NCBI GenBank assembly: GCA_030390025.1
Contig: CM059445.1
Span: 43,400,001-43,464,000 of the forward strand
DNA: 64,000 nt
From: Squalus acanthias
Taxonomy: Eukaryota
Direction: 5' to 3'
Shown: one piece after another, positions 52,080 to 61,334 of the stretch
Position numbering within the stretch: the stretch's first letter is position 1
Layout of the letters: every line of letters begins with the position of its first letter
Translations under genes and position numbers: made by a program
The notes under the pieces: model-generated
Databases searched by the model: none
Seen by the model: the letters and a program-made list of their open reading frames with translations, nothing else
Told to the model about the DNA's origin: nothing

Positions 52080-52787
52080 ATGAAGCTGTTATTTACGTTT
52101 TACCTACTAATCGGACTGATATGTATAGCCTGCCAAGGGAGAGGAAAAGAACCCCGAAAGAAACGAGAATTACATATGAACACCTTTTTGTATATGTCAT
52201 ATAAGTATGCCAAAAAAAGTGGGATAAACGCCTGTTGGGTATGTAGCCATATTCCTACTTATGTGAAAAGAGGAATACCTCTGCGACCGATACCCTTGAA
52301 CCTCACAGATATGGCAGAATGGATAATTAATAAAAATCATACGAAACAGAAAGATACCGCCCTATCCACCTTCGGAAAAATATGGGAACAAAAGTGGTCT
52401 AGCCTAAGAAACGAGTTTAAGGGGGGAGGATATTCGTTAGAAAATTTTAAAGGATGGTACAAGCCGACGTATGATTATACGAAAGAACCTCCTTTTCTAG
52501 CCCTTACCAATACATCGGGAAAGGGCCGACCAATCGGGGATATATGCTGGGAACGCGATCTAGGACAGACTAAAGGGAACAGAGTTAATATGGGGAAAAG
52601 TCGTTGCATACAAAAGTTTATTACGTACAAGGCAGGAAGTTCCATGGAAAGCTGGTGGTTCAATACTACCATTTTGATGAATTTGACTAATAACAGACCA
52701 TGGAATGGGACTAAACGATTGAATACTGACAATCAGATGGGTTTTACCGTTTTCCGCACCAACGTGAACCCTGATCGAGGTGTTTAA
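52080..52787 (+). CDS. env: Truncated ERV envelope (signal peptide plus N-terminal SU, no TM), 235 aa
   Basis: ATG 26 nt after the pol stop; hydrophobic leader MKLLFTFYLLIGLICIAC; RKKR; CWVC (CxxC) motif; sequons NLT, NTS, NTT and NGT; no fusion peptide, CX6CC or TM. Expression unknown. Confidence 0.7.
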   Translation: MKLLFTFYLLIGLICIACQGRGKEPRKKRELHMNTFLYMSYKYAKKSGINACWVCSHIPTYVKRGIPLRPIPLNLTDMAEWIINKNHTKQKDTALSTFGKIWEQKWSSLRNEFKGGGYSLENFKGWYKPTYDYTKEPPFLALTNTSGKGRPIGDICWERDLGQTKGNRVNMGKSRCIQKFITYKAGSSMESWWFNTTILMNLTNNRPWNGTKRLNTDNQMGFTVFRTNVNPDRGV

Positions 52788-53132
52788 GATGATTAAAAGA
52801 TTTGATAGGTTAGGCAAGGTAGTCATACCTGAAGTAAGTATAATGATACAGAAAGAAATAAATAACGAAGAAGAAAAGTATGGTCCCTTCGGGGAGGAAC
52901 TGAGGCGATTGAATAACATACAATTTTGAGGATTAGACAATCTAGACAAAATATACATATAGATATATATATACATTTTTGCATGCTCCCCACTTTCGGT
53001 AAACATTCTTCCACCCACATGGGATCTGCAGGCTAGGGAAAGAGAGAGGACTCCTTTCAACTGCCGGTGACGTCGACCTTGTATATCACTTGGTCCGCAC
53101 TCTGGAGGCTCACGTAAAAGCACTTGTGCTTC

Positions 53133-53278
53133 GGAGAACCCCACAGGTCAGGTATAAACTGTGTGGGTCATGAATCAGTCCTCCTCTATAAGCTGCAGTT
53201 CCCTAGGAGAACCCCACAGGTTAGGCATAAACTGTGTGGGCCATGACTTAGAACTCCTCTATGAGCTGCTGTACCCTA
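53133..53278 (+). repeat. Two-copy 73-bp direct repeat in the ERV 3' untranslated region
   Basis: 'ggagaaccccacaggt.agg.ataaactgtgtggg.catga' at 53133 and 53206. Confidence 0.9.
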
Positions 53279-53620
53279 TCTCCTTAGAGGGTGTATAGCG
53301 ACACCTGAACTGCAGGCTAGTAAAAGCTGCAGGAAAAGTTAGAGAACAGCAGACTAATGAACCACAAAAGTACGCCACAGTCACCAAAACACAACTAAAA
53401 CCCCTACAAGAACATACGCCCAAACACCGAGACTAGACAGAGAAGAAGGACGATCTTAAATAAGGTCAGCCATCAATACAGGTATAATCCCGAGGATGGT
53501 TAAAACAGAAAAGAAGTTGGCATCCCTGACCAAAATCCAAATTTGGTACAGGAACCGACAAGAAAGACCGAAAAAGTTAAATTGAGCTATTTTGTCCTAG
53601 AAGGACAAAAAAGGGGGGAA

Positions 53621-54140
53621 TGTGGAAGTGCAGTTTTTGTCTCGGACAAAATGGTGTCCTTGAATTTAAACTAATAAAATGGCCGACTCTGACTTGTGTG
53701 GAAAAGGAAAAAAATCCATTGTTATGTTCTTTTCTGAAAATAACTTTAAATTCTTAGACTATGCTGTCAGCAAAAGACTGCCTGCACAAAAGAAAACAGG
53801 CTTAATATTGAGATAACCAAGGGCTAGTAAAGTAAACAAACCAGGCGCCTTGACCTTGGTGAGAGAAGTAAAATAGATAGACTCCATTTTATAGAGATTA
53901 GCTAGTCTCATTGTAAGGCATTTCTAATGTGTTTTTTCTAGTTGTTAACTTAGCTTACCTTAAACAACATGTCATGTGATATTATACTGTATAAGAATAC
54001 TCCATTTTCTGTGATTCAGCAGTCTGTCATCATAGCTAATTGGGCTATGGTTGCAGTCTCCTTGCAAGTAAAATATAATAAAAAGCCTTCTTTGACGATA
54101 TTGTTTACAAGAGCCTTTAATCGGAAGTCAAACTTCGACA
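53621..54140 (+). repeat. ERV 3' LTR (520 bp)
   Basis: Follows the PPT; TG...CA ends; AATAAA at about 54077. Confidence 0.95.
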
Positions 54141-55520
54141 GCGTGGGAGGTGGTAAAATCGCAAAAAATGGCGGGCGGGCCCGATCCCACCTCCATGCAA
54201 TTTTCCCAAATGCGTGTTTTCTGACTCTGTTTCCATCCCGCCTCCAAGAGGCAGGATAGACCCTTAACCAGTTAAGTGCCTCTATAATTCCATTTTGACA
54301 GGCCCTCCTCCTGTCCTTGCTCTTTCCCTCTTATTGTGGGCTCTCTTTTCCTGCTATGAGGGACACAAGTGGAGTTTGAGTGAGAATGAAGGAGTGAGTG
54401 TAGAGAATCCATAGCATAGATGCTTAGGAGACAAAGGGCCCTCCCTGTGTGTTGTAAGTTGTTGTCATTGCGTCACAGTGATAGGGAGTGTGAGGGCTGC
54501 ATGGTCGAATAGTTAAGTGAATGTGACCATAGAGAGAGGGAATGGGTAAGGGTGCAGGGATGTCAGTGTCAAGTGGGATGTGGAGGAAGAGGTTGGCAAA
54601 GCTGAGTGCTGGTGAGGAGAGGCGATGGGGATCAGATTGAGGGTGATGAGAAAGTCATACTCACTTTTCCTGTGCGGAGGTGGTCATGAAACCTCTTCCT
54701 GCACTGCAGCCAGGTTCTGCGGCACATAGAGAGGGCATTGACCTCCTGGGCCACTTGCAGCCACACAGCTTTAGTCTGTTGTGGTAGCTTTTTTCTCCGA
54801 GGAAGGGAAGAGCACCTCCTTATTAGATCTTGCTCCCTGCACCAGAGCTTGGAGGGAGGGCTCATCAAAGCGAGGTGCACACTTTTGCTTGCTGGTGGAC
54901 ATGGTCGGTAAATGAAGTCCTTCATACAATGTCCAAAGCGTTTCCAGTCTCCAGAGGAATCAAGGCTGCTTGCAGGCCTTAACTCCAACAGCACTGATGA
55001 GGTCATCGGAGGCGACTTTCTGTATGAAAAGACTCATTGGGTCAGTGGTTCCCACACGCAGGAAATCAATTGCCCAATTAGGGGAAAATCCCACTTTTTC
55101 AACACATCACTTGGGAGTTGGGGTCCTGACACGATTTCCACCTGACACGCCCCTGCCCGCCCACACTGACAAAATTCAGCCCTAACAGTCTGATTATTCC
55201 TTTCCTTGCAATATGCAAAGATACCTTTGAAGGACATTTTGTAAATATATTTCCATACCATCCACACCTAGTGACGTAAGAAAACTACTAGGCACTTGGT
55301 CTAAGTGTTAAACAAAGCTTTAATCAACTGGTTTTCAACATGGAGGTCTAGTTGTGTCCTTCACTAGTTCCTGTCGAGGAATGTCCTAAGCAAGCTGGGC
55401 TCATGCCCGAGTATTTATACTCTCCCTGGACAGCGCCACCAGCAGGCCACCCAGTATTACTTCATACAAGATTCATGTCATTCTTCCCGCCTGAAAGATT
55501 GGAAGTCCGGTGGCTTCTTT

Positions 55521-57914
55521 CTACCGAATTAGCCGGACTAAGAATAGACGCAGTCGTTTGTATTTCCGTTGGAGGCTGGAGGGCACGTCTCCTCGGACTG
55601 TGTTTTGGTCCCTGGGTCGCTTGGTTCGTACCGGCAGGCTGGCAGAGTCCGTGTCGCCTCGATCGACCTGAGAGGGACTGGGGAGATCATGGCTCCAGGT
55701 GCGAGTCCCCACTGGCGCAGAGCTGGCTTCATCCTGTTCAGTAGCCGGTGATTGACCGGCGTCCTGGCTTCGGGTGGCCATCCCGCGGGGAGCGCTCTGT
55801 TCCCAGAGTTGATCCAGCGGAGTAGCTGGCAGATCCCTCGATGTCCCGGGTAGGGAGTCATCCTCGGAGGAGCACGGAGTATCGGCGTCGTTAATACAGA
55901 TCTCTCTATCGATTGGGTCCGTGGGACCGGTTGGGCAGGGAGCCAGATCCCGAAGTGAAACTGTGGACTCCCGGCCATCAGGGTACCGCACGTACGCGTA
56001 TGTAGGATTGACATCCGTTAGTTCCACCTCGTCGACGAGCGGATCACTCTTGGAAGATCGGACGAATCTTCGGAGCAGCATGGAGCCAGGAGCTGCCAAC
56101 CATGATGGTAGGGACGTCCCATGAGTGGAGCGACGCTGGAACCCGAAGAATCGTTCGTGAGGAGTAACATTGGTAGATGTAGAAAGAGACCTGATGGAAT
56201 GCAACGCGTCAGGGAGCATAATTTCCCACTGCTGGTCTGGTAGATTGCGTGACCTCAGTGCAAGACGAACAGCGTTCCAAATGAAAGCGTTGGATCTCTC
56301 AACCTGTCCGTTTCCAATAGGATGATATGGTGTCGTTTTACTTGTGGCGATTCCCCGTTGGGAAAGATAACTTTTGAGTTCGCTTGACATGAAGGAGGGA
56401 CTCCGATCAGAGTGGATGAAATTGGCCGTACCGCAAAGGGAAAAGACCTGATCGAGGCATTTGATCACTGTGGAAGTAAGCATATTGGGACAGGGGAAAG
56501 CGTGAATATTCGTCCACCATAGTAAGCAAGTAGGTGTTTCGCGTTGAGGAAGGCAATGGCCCTTTAAAGTCAATGTTGAGTCGCTACATAGGATGTGTAG
56601 CGTGTATGAGTGAGCCATCTGACGGACGGAAGAATTGCAGTTTTAATTCCGCGCAAGTGGAGCATGTTCTTTTCACGTCTTCTGTCGAAAATGGGAGATT
56701 TTTAGATCGCACAAAGTGCAACAGACGGGTAACGCCCAGATAGTATAAGTCAGTATGAAGATCCGCAAGAGTCGAAGTTGACATGGAAGAGCAGAATGCA
56801 CGCGTAAGGGTATCCGGGGCCACATTCTCCTTGCCGGGTCGATACTATATGGTGTAGCCAAAGGTGGCCAATTCCATCCTCCAGAGCTGTATTTTGTTAT
56901 TCTTGATTTTAGTGCGTTTCCGGTTATCCAGCATAAAGGCCACCGAGCGCTGATCGGTTATGAGCGTGAAATGGCGACGAGCGAGAAAATGACTCCATTT
57001 ACGTACTGCTTCGATGATAGCCGTAGCCTCCTTCTCGACAGGAGGATAATGAAGCTCGCTACCCTGCAAAGTTCTAGACAGAAATGCAACGGGTCGACCG
57101 CCTTGATTCAAGGTAGCCGAGATCGCCACCTCCGATGCATCGCACTTGACCACGAAAGGGAGATTTTCATCGATGGAATGAAGCGCGGCTTTTTCCAGTT
57201 GTTGCTCGAGGAGGTTGAAAGCTGAAATAGCCCTCACTTCGCGCGAAGCAGGGGCTGGATCTTGTCGGAAAAGTGAGGTATCCACTTCGCATAATAGGCG
57301 AACATGCCGAGGGCCCGACGAAGAGAGCTGAGATTCGTAGGAGGAGGGAGCTCCTGAAGCAGACGAAGTCGCTCCGGATCCGGTTTGATGACACCATTGC
57401 CCACCCAGTAGCCAAGGATGTTGACTGATGGTACTGATTTCACAGATTTGGACTCATTTAAGGTTAAGTTGCGACGACGGAGAACGTCAAGAAATTTCTG
57501 GAGGTTGGCATCATGCTCCTTCTGGTGATATTATCCAGATATGGAAAAGTGTCTGTTAAGTTCTCCTGTTTGACTAGGCTATCCATTGCCCATTGAAAGA
57601 CGGCCACCCCATTGGTGACTCCGAATGGAAGGCGACGAAACTGGTAAAGCCGACCATTGGCCTCAAAAACCGTATACTTTTTATCAGAGTCCTTGAACGG
57701 TACTTGATGGTATGCGCTCTTTAAGTCAAAAGTTGAAAATACCTTGTAGTTAGCAAGGTTATTGACCATGTCATCGATGCGTGGTATTGGGTAGGCATCC
57801 AGGTCGGTATGCTGGTTAATAGTTTGCGAGTAATCGATGCAAAGACGTTTCTTGTGCAGCTTCAGAGGATTTTTAACAACGACGACTTGAGCCCACCAGG
57901 AAGATGAACATGGC
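55521..57914 (-). pseudogene. pol: Gypsy RT-RNase H-integrase, frameshifted
   Basis: FDLKSAYHQV, RLPFGVTNG and FPYLDN (RT); CDASEVAI, EKEA and ITDQRS (RNase H); IHSDR and TPYHPIGNGQVERSN (integrase). Confidence 0.92.
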
Positions 57915-59383
57915 TCAAATGATACCGTCAGCTAGAAGGCGAGAGATCTCTGCCTCGATAAAGGATAGGTCATCTTGGCTGAAACGTCGTGATTTAGTGG
58001 CTATGGGCTTACATCGGGGAGAAAGATTGGCAAACAAGGAGGGCTCGTCGAGTGAAGCCGCCGAAAGTGCACAAAACGGTACTTTGGAAATAGTAAGCTC
58101 CGGCTTTGATCCTCCAAACTCGAAAGTGAGTCTTTTGTGTTGTTTCTGGAAATCCTGTCCCAGAAGCACATCACTGCATAGGTTTTTGAGCACCCCGAGC
58201 CGGGTGGAGAAATAAGTGTGGCCATTGAGAATAAGGTCGACAAGACAAAAGCCGGAAGAGTTAGTGGTCAGTGTCGTCCGAGCCATTGCAATTTCCCTGT
58301 CCGAGGGGTAAATACGCAGTTTTAACTTACTGACAGCCTGCTCACTGATGAAACTGTCAAAGCTGCATGAGTCGAGTAATGCACTCAAAATGTGTCCATT
58401 TACCGAAACCTTCGTGGCTGCATGGGACAGGCTTTGGGGGAAAACAGCTGTGATGGGAGGAGGGGCAGTTTTATCCTGGACAGCTGTAACATTAGTAGTG
58501 GCTCTTGGGGGAGCAGCAGTTTTATAGATGACAGCTATAACATTAGTAGTAGCTCTTGGGGGAGGAGCAGTTTTATAGGGAGCAGCTGTAACCCTAGAAG
58601 AGGCTCTTGACGGACATACTTTCGAGAAGTGACCTTTCTTACTGCAATGATTGCAGATTGCATTACGAGCAGGACAAAATTTCCTATAATGAAATGCACC
58701 TTCACAGAAGAAACACTTCCTTTTAGATTGCCAAGATGCCGCTAGGGTAGGGTCGTCATCAGCTAGGATAGAGTCGTCATCAGTGAGGGCTTCCGCCTGA
58801 GGCTTATCGGAGGAGTCACTAAAAGTGATAGCAGCAGTCCGTGCACATGGTAAAAGATAGGCATCTGCATTTTTTTTTTGCCAAGTCCAGAGAATATGCC
58901 TGGTCATAGGCAGCTTGTAACTCGAGGGTTTTATTCTCCAGCAGACGCTGGCGTATGAAGGGAGACGCAATTCCATTAATAAAAGAATCACAAATTAACT
59001 CCTCCTGGTACTGCTCAGCTGAGACAGCCTTGAGATTACAATCTTTGCTGAGCCTGCGAAGCTTTTGAAGGAATTCGTCAAGTGATACCCCGGGTTGTTG
59101 TCGAGTTGTGGCCAGTAGATACCGAGCAAAAATTTTGTTTGGGGCCTTAACATATAGTTGCTGTAGTATTCAGATAGCGGAGTCATAGTTTACACAGTCT
59201 TCGATATAGTCAAACACATAAAGGGGATACATAATTGGCAAGTATCTCTAACTTATCAGGAACATTCTCACCACACGCCCTGAGGTAGTTGCTGAAGGTA
59301 CGATACCAGTGTTTCCATACCTTAGCAGTTGTAGGTGAATTCGGGTCCAAGTCAAGACGAGTGGGTCGGAGTAGTTTCTCCAT
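57915..59383 (-). pseudogene. gag: Gypsy gag-protease, frameshifted
   Basis: Starts MEKLLRPTRLDLDPNSPTTAKVWKHW; Cys/His knuckles CFFCEGAFHYRKFC and CNHCSKKGHFSKVC; protease ALLDSCS. Confidence 0.9.
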
Positions 59384-59959
59384 GATGGATTGATTACTAT
59401 ATCTGGTTCCCTTCAACCGTTTGAGTCGAAGCCGTCTGTTCCCAAAACTACTCAGAGCGTGGAGCAGGTTCAGTTGATTAAATTGACGTAAGAAAACTAC
59501 TAGGCACTTGGTCTAAGTGTTAAACAAAGCTTTAAATCAACTGGTTTTCAACATGGAGATCTAGTTGTGTCCTTCACTAGTTCCTGTCGAGGAATGTCCT
59601 AAGCAAGCTGGGCTCATGCCCGAGTATTTATACTCTCCCTGGACAGCGCCACCAGCAGGCCGCCCAGTATTACTTCATACAAGATTCATGTCACCTAGGA
59701 TCTAGTTTACTACCTAAAATGGCACGTTATATGTGAAAGCCTAATGGGTACAACTAGACAGCCACACCAAAAATATGAGTGCACAGTGAACTGGGCTAGC
59801 AGATTAAAGCATAGTTATCTTACTACAGGTTTTAAAAATAGTGCTGTTAAATCCATAAAGATTTACTTTGTGCATACAGGAAGATCAATCTAATAAAGCC
59901 CTGAAACATCTTGATTGCCATATAGTCATGATGCTTCAATTTAAACTGAAAGAGAAGAA

Positions 59960-60857
59960 CCAACATAGCACTTGATCACATGATGCCCTGATTAGTTTAC
60001 AATCATTTAATACTTTTGAAGTGGAGTCACTGATGCTATCTAGACAAATGCAATAGCTAATTTGCACAGAGCAAGATCTCACAAACAGCAAATAAATAAA
60101 TGACCAGATAATCTGTTTTTGGTCGTGTTGGTTGAGGGATGAAGATCGGCCAGGACACCAGGCAAACGACCTACTCTTTTTCAAATAGTGCCATCGCATC
60201 TTTAATATCCAGTTGAACTGCTGGAACAGATATAATGGGCTCGATTTTGCCATTGGGGACGGGCTGCGGGCGTGTCAGGTGGTCGTCGTGTCAGGATCCC
60301 AACTCTGATGTGAAGTAGGACAAAAGTGCGATTTTGCCCTAATTGGGCACTTGGTTTCCAGTGTGTGGGAACCCCTGGCCCAATGAGCTTTTTCCATACA
60401 GAAAGTCACCTCCGATGACGTCATCAATGCTGCTGGATTTAAGGCCTGCAAGCAGCCTTGCTTCTTTTTCAGCCTTTAAACTTTATGCCCATTGTTCTGA
60501 GCGCTTCCTTCAGCAATTATATCCACCAGTAGACCAAAGTGTGCTCCAAGATTCGGAATCAGAAAGGCCTCTCAAAATAGGATTATAAAGACAATTAACT
60601 GGTTGTTAAGGGTCTTAAGGGCCTATCCCGCCTCTTGGAGGTGGGATGGAAACGGGGTCTGAAACGATGAATGTGGGAAAATTGCTCAGAGGCGGGATCG
60701 GACCCACCCGCCATTTTTTTGCGATTTTGTCAACTCACATGCCTCCAAATCCACCTCCTCGGGCCTGGTAAAATCGAGCCCAATGTCTCATATGAAAGAT
60801 GGTACTTCCAGCAATGCAGCACTCCATCAGTACTGCACTGGTGTCAGCCTGGAGTGA
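59960..60857 (-). mobile_element. Deu-type SINE split by a MITE insertion
   Basis: 'tacttttgaagtggagtcactg...ggccaggacaccagg' on the left and 'gtctcatatgaaagatggtacttcc...cagtactgcactgg' on the right of the insert. Confidence 0.75.
60237..60781 (+). mobile_element. Harbinger family E, short MITE derivative
   Basis: Perfect 12-bp TIRs gggctcgatttt / aaaatcgagccc; TSD AAT; both arms homologous to 50930-55182 in the opposite orientation. Confidence 0.9.
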
Positions 60858-61334
60858 ACAGGAATTCACGTTTATTTTAATTTTGAAGCAACTTTTCACA
60901 GTCACAATTTCTACTTTGAGTCCTTGCAGGTACTGCAAGATTATTGGATTCTGATTGATGGGTTATTCAATCTCACACTGAGCAGTTATTGGATTTTGAG
61001 CTAAAGATAGTGAACTGAAGCCAACACATATCATTTACCACTGCACCACAAATAATAAATCCAAATTAATGGTTAACCTTTTCAGGAATAGACAGAAAGA
61101 TTTATCCTTCATTATTTGAAATAGAAGATAACTCGGTTTTTAGACTGAACATGATTTAATAAGCAAATGGTTTCAGACCAGTGGATAGATTGATTAACAA
61201 TCATAAGGTTTGGACAAACTTGATAATCATGGAACAGGATAAACTCTGATTTTTTTTTTGGTGAATTTTTGTGCTCATCAAAGTGGTAATTGCCAGTTCT
61301 GGGAACAGAACAGGTTTCTACGTTTAACACTCAC

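Larger units (their letters stand above)
50973..54140 (+). mobile_element. Internally deleted endogenous retrovirus (gamma/epsilon-like, class I type)
   Basis: TG...CA ends; TSD GCGT (50969-72, 54141-44); truncated 5' LTR 50973-51411; PPT aaaaaaggggggaa ending 53620; 3' LTR 53621-54140; integrase and env remnants between the LTRs. Confidence 0.95.
50930..55182 (-). mobile_element. Non-autonomous Harbinger family E (pieces 50930-50972 and 54141-55182) interrupted by an ERV
   Basis: TIRs gggctcgattttcc / gacaaaattcagccc; TSD TAA (50927-29, 55183-85); minus-strand Myb remnant AVWLQVAQEVNALSMCRRTWLQCRKRFHD followed by a gtgagt donor. Confidence 0.9.
55272..59693 (-). mobile_element. Full-length, frameshifted Ty3/Gypsy LTR retrotransposon
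   Basis: LTRs 55272-55480 and 59484-59693 (TG...CA, three differences seen); TSD CCTAG; PPT aggcgggaagaa next to the 3' LTR; domain order gag-PR-RT-RH-IN. Confidence 0.95.

Noticed and set aside
53496-53585. MVKTEKKLASLTKIQIWYRNRQERPKK resembles homeodomain helix 3
   Set aside because: Only 29 codons, with an in-frame stop shortly upstream and no helices 1-2; probably coincidence.
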